In this document: positions 1 to 8,296 of the stretch, one piece after another | Numbering within the stretch: position 1 is the stretch's first letter | Layout of the letters: each line of letters opens with the position of its first letter | Source: a virus | IMG/VR virus record: IMGVR_UViG_3300020215_000004 | Length of the DNA: 64,000 nt | Direction: 5' to 3' (one strand) | Notes under the pieces: model-generated | Told to the model about the DNA's origin: nothing | The model's database searches: none | What the model saw: the letters and a program-made list of their open reading frames with translations, nothing else | Program-made: the position numbers and the translations under genes

Positions 1-54
1 GGCGCCAGCGCTCCCGACACGGAAGGCGAGGGCGGCGAAGCCGAGCAGGGCTTC

Positions 55-2337
55 ATGCTGGAAGAACTATTGCAATGGGACGGCAATATCGCCGAACTCT
101 TCCAGGACAGCGAGGAAGGCAAGCGAAAGCTCAATGAGATCGGCGCGCTCGTCGTGCGCGAATACGAATTCGACAAGTCGTCGCGCAAGGACTGGGAAGC
201 GAGCGCCAGAACCGCGCTAGAGACGGCGGGCCAGAAGAAGGGCGAGAAGAAGACCTATCCCTTCGACGGCGCGGCCGATGTGCGCTTTCCGCTGCTGACG
301 ACGGCGTCCATTCAATTCGCAGCCCGAGCCTATCCGAACATCGTCCGCGGCGATGAAGTGGTGGCGGTCAAGATCGCGGGTGAAGACGCCGACAGCGCCA
401 AAGCGGAGCGCGCCGAACGCGTTGCGGCCTTCGCCAACGATCAGATTATCTATCAGTGCCCTGAGTGGGAGATTGGCACAGACCAGCTCCTGCATCAGCT
501 TCCCATTACTGGCGCGGGCTTTCGCAAGGTGTATTGGGACGAGAGCCTGAAGCGCCCGCGCTTTGACTATGCGCCAGCGCTGAAGGTCATCTTGCCGATC
601 GACGCGCCGTCCATCGAGATGAGCCCGCGTGTTTCGCACGAACTCGACGTGTACCCCTACGACTACGAGAAGAAGGTCGGGGCGGGGACTTGGCTCAAGT
701 GCGATTTGCGGCGCGACACCGCCGACAGCCAAAAGCAGGTGCTGTTCATCGAACAGTGCCGCTATCTCGACATGGACGAGGACGGGCTTTCCGAGCCGTA
801 CCTCGTCACAGTGCATAAGGACTCCGGCGCGGTCGTGCGCATCGATCCGGCGTTTGGTCTCGATGATGTGAAGCGCTATCCGCCATCGGACGACGGGACG
901 CCCGGCAAGATCTACTGCATCGAGCGCCTGCTGCCCTGGGTGGACTATTGCTTCCTGCCAGACCCTGAGGGCGGGGCCTATGGCATTGGCTTCGGGAAGC
1001 TCTTGGAGGCCATCTCCGACACGGTCAACACGTTGCTCAATCAGATGATTGACGCGGGTCACCTGGCCAACACCAATACCGGCTTCATCGGCGCCGGCTT
1101 TAAGACCCGCGGCGGCACGCTCACGCTCGAGCCCAACGCGTTCAAGATGCTGGAGGGCGTCGCCAATGTGCGCGAGGCCATTCACCGGCTGGAGTTTCCA
1201 GGGCCGAACGCGGTTGCGTTCAATCTGATCGATATGTTGCTTGGCGCCGCCAAGGACATCACCGCCATCAAGGACGTGCTCACGGGCGAGATGCCCGGCG
1301 GCCAGCACGTAGCCGAAGGCACGGTCATGGCCATGATCGAGCAGGGCCTTCAGGTCTTCACATCGATCTACAAGCGCATCTACCGCTCCATGCGGCGCGA
1401 GTTCGAGCTGCAGTGCCGGCTGAACGCGCGCTACCTCGATCCTGCCGACTATCAGAAGTTTTTGGATGCGCGGCCCAAGCCCGCTCCTCAGGCGCAGAAT
1501 GCGCCGCCCCTCGATCCGCGCTTGCAAATCGGCGCCAATGGCGGCCCGCCGCTTACGCCCCAGGACATGGGCGCGGGCATGCCTATGGATGGCGCAGGCT
1601 TGCTGCCCGATGCGATGGCCGCTCCTGGCATGCCAATGCCGCAGCAAGCCGCGCCGGCAATGGGCGCGCCTCCTATGGCGCAGGGCGGTGCGGTCGTGCC
1701 GTTTCCCGTGCAACAGCAGATGGCCCCGCCGCCAGACCCGCGCGTGGATTTCAACCCCGACGACCTCGACATTCGCCCCGTGGCCGATCCGACCGCCATC
1801 ACCGACATGCAGCGCATGGCCAAGGCGCAGTTCAAGTTGCAGTTCCTGAACGATCCAGCCGTCAACCGCGTGAAGGTGCTACAGAGCGTGTGGAAGGACG
1901 CGCGCATCGCCAACGTCGAAGAATACATCGTCGAACGCAATCCTGCTCTGGAACAACAAGCCCAGATCGACACGGCGCAGAAGATGGCGACGGTCAAACA
2001 AACTGAGGCCGACGCGAATCTCAAAGTCGCGCAAGCGGAAAAGCTGCGCGGCGAGATCGCCAACGCGCCGGAAGACCGTATGCTGCGCCAGCGTGAGCTG
2101 GATCAGCGCGACCGCGAAATGAACCAAAGGGACATCGAGCTTTCCCAGAAGCGCGACCAGGCCGCCGTCGATCAGTTCAAAGCGGATATGGACGACGCCG
2201 ACCGCGAAGTGCGCTTCATCATGGAAGCCAGCCACAGGGACCGCGAACTCTCCATCGAGGACAGGAAGGTGGACGTGATGCGCGCGGCGCGCACGCAGCC
2301 ACGTGACGGCGATGGCGACGGGGAGCGGGTGGAATGA
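55..2337 (+). CDS. portal protein (putative); frame stays open to nt 1 so the true start may lie upstream of the window
   Basis: 760-aa ORF heading the morphogenesis block, where a portal is expected after terminase (terS fragment sits at the other window edge). Met/Pro/Gln-rich low-complexity insert, then charged coiled-coil tail. Call rests on size and position. Confidence 0.6.
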   Translation: MLEELLQWDGNIAELFQDSEEGKRKLNEIGALVVREYEFDKSSRKDWEASARTALETAGQKKGEKKTYPFDGAADVRFPLLTTASIQFAARAYPNIVRGDEVVAVKIAGEDADSAKAERAERVAAFANDQIIYQCPEWEIGTDQLLHQLPITGAGFRKVYWDESLKRPRFDYAPALKVILPIDAPSIEMSPRVSHELDVYPYDYEKKVGAGTWLKCDLRRDTADSQKQVLFIEQCRYLDMDEDGLSEPYLVTVHKDSGAVVRIDPAFGLDDVKRYPPSDDGTPGKIYCIERLLPWVDYCFLPDPEGGAYGIGFGKLLEAISDTVNTLLNQMIDAGHLANTNTGFIGAGFKTRGGTLTLEPNAFKMLEGVANVREAIHRLEFPGPNAVAFNLIDMLLGAAKDITAIKDVLTGEMPGGQHVAEGTVMAMIEQGLQVFTSIYKRIYRSMRREFELQCRLNARYLDPADYQKFLDARPKPAPQAQNAPPLDPRLQIGANGGPPLTPQDMGAGMPMDGAGLLPDAMAAPGMPMPQQAAPAMGAPPMAQGGAVVPFPVQQQMAPPPDPRVDFNPDDLDIRPVADPTAITDMQRMAKAQFKLQFLNDPAVNRVKVLQSVWKDARIANVEEYIVERNPALEQQAQIDTAQKMATVKQTEADANLKVAQAEKLRGEIANAPEDRMLRQRELDQRDREMNQRDIELSQKRDQAAVDQFKADMDDADREVRFIMEASHRDRELSIEDRKVDVMRAARTQPRDGDGDGERVE

Positions 2338-2825
2338 ACGCTCCACTACGCCAAGCGCTCCGCGTTATGCTGGAGGAAGCGGCGGAACGCCCGGTGATCC
2401 GCGGCTGGTCCCCCGAGCTGGCGCGTCACGTTCCGGCTGGCGAACGGTTCGTGCGCTATCTCTCCGAACGCAACAATGGCCCGATGGCGATGGGCATGGC
2501 CGGCCTCGATCCCCGCGCCGGCATGACGCTGCCGTTCGATATGGGGCTTGCTGCGCTTGGAGGAGGGGCGGGGATACTCGCGCTCAATAAGCTGGCGCTG
2601 GAGGATCGTGCGCCGCAAGGCCAGCGCGCGCAGGCGCGTGCGTTGCGCCAGCGCTTAGCCGAACTCCGCCGTCTTGAACGCGATCAAGACGCACGCGAGT
2701 GGGGCTGGATGACGGGCCTCGAGATGGCGAACGAGGACCTCTCGCGCGACGTTTCGCAGATGTATCAAGCGCCATATCAGGATGAGGCCGCGCTGACGGC
2801 ATATCGGCCAGGTGCAGCGCGTTAA
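2334..2825 (+). CDS. hypothetical virion-module protein with N-terminal LRQAL motif; C-terminus probably continues in the -1 frame to 2863
   Basis: ATGA overlap with the portal stop. N-terminus MNAPLRQALRVML. Out-of-frame LTLREALAQRMSA-stop at 2822-2863. Confidence 0.5.
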   Translation: MNAPLRQALRVMLEEAAERPVIRGWSPELARHVPAGERFVRYLSERNNGPMAMGMAGLDPRAGMTLPFDMGLAALGGGAGILALNKLALEDRAPQGQRAQARALRQRLAELRRLERDQDAREWGWMTGLEMANEDLSRDVSQMYQAPYQDEAALTAYRPGAAR

Positions 2826-2867
2826 CGCTTCGCGAAGCCTTGGCGCAAAGAATGAGCGCTTGACCTT

Positions 2868-3338
2868 GTGGATTGTGCAGAGCGCGGCGTGAGTCGGGCG
2901 CGCAAATCAGGTAGAATCAGACGCGTGACAGACCTAACCGAATCCAACCCAGACGACCGCTCCGATATCATTGCGTACGAGAAGCATGTTCGACGCCAAA
3001 TCAAATGGCTCATAAGCCAGCGCACGCCTGAGAGTTTGGCCGAAGCGCTAGTCATGGCGAGCATGCGCGCAAAAGACGAACGCGGACTGTTGATGGGGTT
3101 CTGGATGACCCCAGAGGTAGCCTCGCAAATAGCCGCCACACTGGATTATGGCGGGATCAACAGCATTGATTTTACGCCGCTGGTTAGGTCTCATCGGCGC
3201 GCTAAATCCCTGGGAGTGCCGCAGGAAGAGATTGAGCGCGCTCTTGATACGCTTCTCGCCGATATACGGCGCGGTGTGCTTGCCGAAGACGAGCACGTTT
3301 CGTGGGCCGTCGTGACAGCGGCAGACGCTCCACAATGA
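2868..3338 (+). CDS. hypothetical protein
   Basis: 156-aa ORF (GTG start) with protein-like composition, coupled by ATGA to the next ORF. Start uncertain. Confidence 0.4.
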   Translation: MDCAERGVSRARKSGRIRRVTDLTESNPDDRSDIIAYEKHVRRQIKWLISQRTPESLAEALVMASMRAKDERGLLMGFWMTPEVASQIAATLDYGGINSIDFTPLVRSHRRAKSLGVPQEEIERALDTLLADIRRGVLAEDEHVSWAVVTAADAPQ

Positions 3339-3574
3339 AACTCGATCCCGAAGAATACGAGCAATGGGCCGAAGGCCCAGTCTCCAAGTGGTTCTTCGCG
3401 GCCATGCGCGCATACGCTGAAGACTGCAAAAACGAAGCGGTCGCACAGTTTTGGGATCGGGGAACGTTAAACGCGGAGGAGCTAGCCAAGCTGAGGGGGC
3501 AAGCCTTCAGCGCGCTCTATTTCGCAGGGGCTAAGTTCGAGGAAGTCGAGAAGTATCACGAGGAACGGAAATGA
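3335..3574 (+). CDS. hypothetical protein
   Basis: ATG at 3335 overlaps the upstream stop (ATGA). 79 aa, acidic/aromatic, non-repetitive. Confidence 0.45.
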   Translation: MKLDPEEYEQWAEGPVSKWFFAAMRAYAEDCKNEAVAQFWDRGTLNAEELAKLRGQAFSALYFAGAKFEEVEKYHEERK

Positions 3575-3678
3575 CGACACTGCAACTCCTTGTCGTCGGT
3601 CTTCGCGAAGCGTCGCGCCAATGGTGGCGCATCTACCATCGACCGATGCTCACTGATTTTGGAGTGCTTAGACGATGA
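3571..3678 (+). CDS. small hypothetical protein (35 aa)
   Basis: Below the ORF-track cutoff. ATGA overlaps at both ends link 3335-3574 to 3675-4073. Confidence 0.25.
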   Translation: MTTLQLLVVGLREASRQWWRIYHRPMLTDFGVLRR

Positions 3679-4073
3679 CGACGCTGCGACGCTACAAGCC
3701 ATTTCCGAATGTCGAGGACTTGGATCCTGGCATTGAGCCCGGCTGGGATTTCGACGTGCTTTGTTTGCCGGCCGAACCAGAAGACCGCGTCGGCAACATC
3801 TTCCTCGCAGACGAAACCAAGGACGATGAGCGCGCGGCCGTGACGGAGTGGATGATCGTCGGCATCTCGCCAACAGCTTTCACATCGCAAGAATGGGCGG
3901 CGACGGATTTGCCGTGCCCGTTCAAGCCTGGCGATGTGGTCATCACCAAACGGTATCCTCCGGGGACGGAAGTCACTGGCCACGATGGGCGGACCTATCG
4001 ACTCCTGAAGGACAAGGAAATTCTAGCCAAGCGCATTCCGGGCAAGAGCGCGAGCGTGAAGGTGGCGGCGTGA
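3675..4073 (+). CDS. GroES/Cpn10-like small beta-barrel protein (putative)
   Basis: Pattern GNIFLADE..(loop)..WMIVGISP...KPGDVVITKRYPPGTEV..DGRTYRLLKDKEILAKR resembles the co-chaperonin signature (IxLPD ... VGxG ... VKxGDxVxF.KY.GTE ... Y.ll...DILA). Confidence 0.4.
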   Translation: MTTLRRYKPFPNVEDLDPGIEPGWDFDVLCLPAEPEDRVGNIFLADETKDDERAAVTEWMIVGISPTAFTSQEWAATDLPCPFKPGDVVITKRYPPGTEVTGHDGRTYRLLKDKEILAKRIPGKSASVKVAA

Positions 4074-4444
4074 ATGACCTGCCAATCGAAACTGAAATGG
4101 CGGGTTGGCGACGCCATGGCGCTGCGTGGTGGGCAAGCGGCGCGCGCGCTAAGCATATCATGGTGGTCAACATGACGGATGACTTTTCCAACGCGCCAGA
4201 ATCCATCGCGGAGATACGCGCCGACCGCGCCGTCAACGGCGCGCTTTGGACGCCGCGCGATGCGCTCATCTCTCTACTTCGCGATATCGACCGCGGAGAA
4301 ATCAAACCCGACGCACTTGTCATCTGCATTCGGGAGCAGGGGAGCGAGCCGGGCAAGGTGAGCACGTATTTTCGCGCCGCGTGCCCAGACCCGCATGTGG
4401 CCTATGGCCTGCTGCTGAGCGCGGCGTTCAAGATCAACGAATGA
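4070..4444 (+). CDS. hypothetical protein
   Basis: GTG at 4070 overlaps the upstream stop (alternative ATG at 4097). No motif recognised. Confidence 0.45.
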   Translation: MNDLPIETEMAGWRRHGAAWWASGARAKHIMVVNMTDDFSNAPESIAEIRADRAVNGALWTPRDALISLLRDIDRGEIKPDALVICIREQGSEPGKVSTYFRAACPDPHVAYGLLLSAAFKINE

Positions 4445-4644
4445 CCATCCGCACTCTCGCCTCCGCAGCCAAGGACGTGCGCGCTCTCAATGGGCGCGTG
4501 ACGTATCTGCAGAGCGAGTTGAACGCAGCACGCGCTACGGTTACGACGCTGGAAGGCGAACTGCTTCGTGCGGAAGAGGCGCTCGATCTCGCGCAAGCGA
4601 CGCTGAACAGGATAGCGGCGCACGGGGAGGAAAGTGCGGCGTGA
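4441..4644 (+). CDS. small coiled-coil protein
   Basis: ATGA overlap at 4441. Heptad-like sequence LQSELNAARATVTTLEGELLRAEEALDLAQATL. Confidence 0.4.
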   Translation: MTIRTLASAAKDVRALNGRVTYLQSELNAARATVTTLEGELLRAEEALDLAQATLNRIAAHGEESAA

Positions 4645-4844
4645 TGGACGCGATCCCGCTTTGCAAGGAGCACATCCCGCACGCGCACGAAGTCGGCGGC
4701 GAAGTCTATGTCTCGTGCTGCATAATGCGGGCTGGCGCTGGACGGCAAGACGATGCCCGCGCGGTTTCACGGCAAGAGCGTGGCGGCCCTGATCGAAGAG
4801 CAGAAGCGGCGCTCCAACCCCGCCGAGTAGGCCTGTTCCCGTAA
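4641..4844 (+). CDS. small Cys/His-rich protein; C-terminal half looks frameshifted
   Basis: GTGATG overlap with the upstream stop. After about nt 4726 the annotated frame becomes Arg-rich, while the +1 frame reads LDGKTMPARFHGKSVAALIEEQKRRSNPAE-stop (ends 4830). Confidence 0.25.
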   Translation: MMDAIPLCKEHIPHAHEVGGEVYVSCCIMRAGAGRQDDARAVSRQERGGPDRRAEAALQPRRVGLFP

Positions 4845-4854
4845 CATTCCGGCC

Positions 4855-5850
4855 ATGGCAGGTCTGCGGCAAGCCCTGAGAATCCTCATAGAAGCGTCGG
4901 GTCCGCAGGCGGGCGAACTCCACGCGCTTCGCATGTTTGCAGGGCCGATGGCGAAGACCGCCGATCACGCCGCGCTGTCTCGCGCACAACAGATGGCGAG
5001 TACAGGCGCCTCTCGTGGCGACATCTGGCGCGACACGGGCTGGTTCCAAGGAGTCGATGGCAAATGGCGCTTTGAGATCGATGATAGCGGGGCGCGGCTC
5101 ACTGGCGAGCGCTACGGCAGCTTCAATGATGTGTTGGATCATCCCGAGTTGTTTGAGGCCTACCCGGCGTTGCGTGACGTAGCAGCGGCCAACGAGGGAG
5201 CCTTTCGCTCGAGCGGTTCGTTTCAAGCCGAGCACCAGAGGCCGACGGGTTGGGGCGGTGTCGGCGGAATGCGCACAGAGCGCGCACACATTGACATTCT
5301 TGGCCCAAACGAGGGGAGTCGTCGCAGTACTGCTCTACATGAGGGGCAACATGGCCTTCAGCGTACAGAAGGCTTTGCCTTAGGCGGGATGCCGCGCATG
5401 TCTGACGCGTCGCCTGATTTGCTGGCGCGTATAGCGGAACTAGAAACCACTCTACGGCAGTTGAATGAAGTGCATTGGGCATTGCGGGACCCCAATCGCA
5501 TCCGCGAGGTGTCAAAGGAATTGCGGGCACTGCAACGTTCTGCGCGGGCAGAAGGGCACGCGGTGTACGAGAAGCTTGCGGGCGAAGTTGAGGCGCGGAA
5601 CGTTCAGTCGCGTCGCAACTTCACTCCAACGCAGCGCAGACGCAGGCCTCCATGGACCACTCAAGACACTCCAGACGAGCAGCAGATCGTCCGCTTTGAC
5701 GGGGATCGCGCTGCACTGCGCGAAGCCTTGGCCAACACGCTGCGCGCGACCGCAGGATTAGGTGGGCTTGCGCTGGCCGGCGACATCACTTTGCGCGAGG
5801 CGGTGCGCCAGCGCGCGCGTCAACCCCGCGCACATAGCCTGACCGCTTAG
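4855..5850 (+). CDS. HExxH zincin-like protein carrying the LRxAL terminal motifs
   Basis: ALHEGQHGLQRTEGF contains HExxH. N-terminus MAGLRQALRILIEA. C-terminal AALREALANTLRA and ITLREAVRQRAR. Sits between portal and scaffold-like genes. Confidence 0.5.
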   Translation: MAGLRQALRILIEASGPQAGELHALRMFAGPMAKTADHAALSRAQQMASTGASRGDIWRDTGWFQGVDGKWRFEIDDSGARLTGERYGSFNDVLDHPELFEAYPALRDVAAANEGAFRSSGSFQAEHQRPTGWGGVGGMRTERAHIDILGPNEGSRRSTALHEGQHGLQRTEGFALGGMPRMSDASPDLLARIAELETTLRQLNEVHWALRDPNRIREVSKELRALQRSARAEGHAVYEKLAGEVEARNVQSRRNFTPTQRRRRPPWTTQDTPDEQQIVRFDGDRAALREALANTLRATAGLGGLALAGDITLREAVRQRARQPRAHSLTA

Positions 5851-5901
5851 TATTGCTCTTCGGCGCCACGGACGCTGGCGTTTTTGGAGAAGAGCAATCG
5901 C

Positions 5902-6939
5902 ATGACGTTGCAAGACGCAGCGGCTCAAACACCGGCGGAAGCAGGTGATGACTGGGTGTTGGCAAACGATCCCAACGCCGTCCCGCAAGACGACCCGAAC
6001 GCAGACGCGCTCGATCCCAACCTAGAACCACCCCAGCCGCAAACACCGCCTGAGCCTAGCGAAGTCGAGCGCATCGCGATCGAACTAGGCTGGACGCCTC
6101 AGGACAAGTGGCGCGGCGATCCCTCGAAATGGACGCCCGCGGCGGACTTTCTCCGCGGCACCAAAACCGTGCTGGAACGCACGAAACACGAAGCCAAGCG
6201 CTATCGGAGCGAGTTTCAAACGCTGGCTCAGCGCATGGCCCAGCTCGAGAAAGGTCAGACCTCCATCCAGCAGATGCGGGCCGAGGAGCTGAACGAGCAG
6301 TACGAGCAGGCCAAGTTCAACGCGGCCAAGGAAGGCAATCAGGAACTCTACGCCAAGCTCGTGAAAGAGCAGGCCGAGACCCTTGCCAAGGTGCGGCCGG
6401 CGCCGCAACAGCAGCAGACGCCGCAAGAGGTTGACGTGTACGCTGAAGCAGAGGCGATGCTTCAGGACCCGGCGGTCGTTCGGCTTATCAATGAAAACCC
6501 GATCATCCTGGAAAGTGATGATGCGTGGAATTACGCACAAACGGTTGCGAAAGAGGCGCGTGATCGCGGCGCGACGCACGTTCAGGCGCTTAAAGCCGTG
6601 AGTGACGCGCTCCAATGGGCGTTTCCGCAAGCGTACGCCTCTCCTCAGACCCCGCAAAACGGCAATGGAGCGGGCCAGCACCACGCGCAAAACCAGCGGC
6701 GCGCGCAGAACGGACAATTCGTTCCGCAGAACCAGCAGCCGCAGCGCCGTCCGGCGCCGCCGATCGCCGGCGCGCAACGCACATCGGCCAATGGCGCGCC
6801 AGCGACGGCGGTCGATCGCCTGCCAGCCGACGCCAAGGCGTTTCTCGACGCCAAGATGAAGAGCGGCGAAGTCAAGGACGGCGATCGCTGGGCGCGCGTC
6901 TATCTCGGTGAAAAAGTACCAGTCGTAGGAGCGGCTTAA
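5902..6939 (+). CDS. scaffolding-like protein (putative)
   Basis: GGAG upstream of ATG 5902. Gln/Ala/Glu/Pro-rich, predicted coiled coil, located between portal and capsid genes. Confidence 0.45.
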   Translation: MTLQDAAAQTPAEAGDDWVLANDPNAVPQDDPNADALDPNLEPPQPQTPPEPSEVERIAIELGWTPQDKWRGDPSKWTPAADFLRGTKTVLERTKHEAKRYRSEFQTLAQRMAQLEKGQTSIQQMRAEELNEQYEQAKFNAAKEGNQELYAKLVKEQAETLAKVRPAPQQQQTPQEVDVYAEAEAMLQDPAVVRLINENPIILESDDAWNYAQTVAKEARDRGATHVQALKAVSDALQWAFPQAYASPQTPQNGNGAGQHHAQNQRRAQNGQFVPQNQQPQRRPAPPIAGAQRTSANGAPATAVDRLPADAKAFLDAKMKSGEVKDGDRWARVYLGEKVPVVGAA

Positions 6940-7472
6940 TGTCGGACACAGCAGAACCGCGCGCCCCGAGCCGGTCGCGTCCCTCGCGCGCGCAAGTCGA
7001 TGCGCAGGCGCGTCAGCGCCGCCGTCGCTTCGGCGAGAACGATGAAGGCGTCGATTACAATCTCTGGGTCGATGAAGCCCGACTCGACCGCGAGAACTTC
7101 GCCTATCGCTGGGTGAACGATGCACGCGGCCGGATTAAGAAGCTGGAGGCCCAGGACTGGGACCCGGTTTCGGAAGAAGAAGCGGGCTGCCCGACCGACC
7201 GGCACGGGGACATTGCTCCTGGCAAGGGCGAGGATTTGCGCGTGCGCCTCATGCGCAAGCCGCTCGACTGGTTTCATGAAGATCACGCGCGCAAGCAAAA
7301 GCGCATCGACAACATGATGACGGCCGCCGCCAACGGCACGCCGCTTCAAGCCCATGGCGCTCCGATGACGGACAACCATGGCAACGTGACCCCCGGCGAA
7401 GACGGAGCAGGGGGCCTTGATCCCCGCTACGCCTACAAGCCGAAGGCCGCGAACGAAGGCTTGTCCCGGTAA
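6939..7472 (+). CDS. hypothetical head-module protein
   Basis: TAATG overlap with the scaffold-like ORF. Arg-rich N-terminus, then a globular-looking region (YRWVNDARGRIKKLEAQDWDPV). Confidence 0.45.
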   Translation: MSDTAEPRAPSRSRPSRAQVDAQARQRRRRFGENDEGVDYNLWVDEARLDRENFAYRWVNDARGRIKKLEAQDWDPVSEEEAGCPTDRHGDIAPGKGEDLRVRLMRKPLDWFHEDHARKQKRIDNMMTAAANGTPLQAHGAPMTDNHGNVTPGEDGAGGLDPRYAYKPKAANEGLSR

Positions 7473-7601
7473 CGGAAGTTTAACCGGACGGGTTAATACG
7501 ATGGGCGAGCATCGCAAGATGTAGCCCTTACGTCGGCGGAAGACGACGAAGCTAAACGGAGAGGCGGACAGCCGCTCCGTCAGGGTCAGAGAGAGCAGGC
7601 C

Positions 7602-7674
7602 GCGCGCTTTGCGCGCAACACCGCCGCTCACAGCCCTCCCAATCGAAACCAACGGGAGCGCGCATTGGCGCGCT
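7602..7674 (+). promoter_or_regulatory. two perfect GC hairpins in the untranslated leader of the capsid gene block
   Basis: GCGCGC-TTT-GCGCGC (7602-7616) and AGCGCGC-ATTG-GCGCGCT (7657-7674), inside the 220-nt non-coding gap 7473-7693. Confidence 0.3.
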
Positions 7675-7693
7675 GAGCTTCGGAGTTTTCACC

Positions 7694-8284
7694 ATGGCTA
7701 ATCCCACCACGGGGTTTGGCTTCGTTCCGGTGGACAATCTCGGCGCAGGCGGTGCGTTCACTGGCCGCGTGCGCGAGTATTATGTCGGCACCGGCGACAG
7801 CACGGCCCTTTTCGTCGGCGATCCTGTCATCATCGCCGGCGACTTCCACACTGACGGAACGCCCATCGTCACCCGCGCCACGGTCGGCACGGGCGTCACG
7901 ACCGATTATATCACGGGCGCGGTCGTCGGCTTCCGCTTCATCAACGAAGCGATGCCGGCCAACAAGCACCGCGCGGCATCAACCGCCGCCTACGTGCTTG
8001 TCGCCGACGATCCCAACACGCTGTTCAAGGTGCGCGGCGACGGCGCCTACGCCACGACCGATCACGGCTCCACCTGCCAGATCGTGTCCGGCACGGGCAG
8101 CACGTACACGGGCGAGTCCGGCTTCATGCTCGACTCTTCCGAGATCGCGCAGACGGCTACGGACCAGCTCATCATCGAGGACGTGTACCGCGCGCCCGAC
8201 AACGAACTGTCGGGCTCCAACGTCATCTACCTCGTTCGCTTCAACATGCACACCGGGCGCCTTGGCTCGGCTGGCGTCGATTAA
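7694..8284 (+). CDS. capsid accessory (cement/decoration-like) protein, putative
   Basis: GGAG 9 nt upstream. 196 aa, Gly/Thr/Val-rich beta-type composition, immediately upstream of the major capsid gene. Confidence 0.45.
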   Translation: MANPTTGFGFVPVDNLGAGGAFTGRVREYYVGTGDSTALFVGDPVIIAGDFHTDGTPIVTRATVGTGVTTDYITGAVVGFRFINEAMPANKHRAASTAAYVLVADDPNTLFKVRGDGAYATTDHGSTCQIVSGTGSTYTGESGFMLDSSEIAQTATDQLIIEDVYRAPDNELSGSNVIYLVRFNMHTGRLGSAGVD

Positions 8285-8296
8285 GGGGGCTCGGCA

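Noticed and set aside
217-1713. 498-aa minus-strand ORF antisense to the portal gene
   Set aside because: Arg/His/Gly/Ala-rich composition typical of antisense frames in high-GC DNA. It lies fully inside a much better plus-strand ORF.
6085-7125. 346-aa minus-strand ORF antisense to the scaffold-like gene
   Set aside because: Extreme Arg/Leu content and no start context. A shadow ORF of a high-GC coding region.
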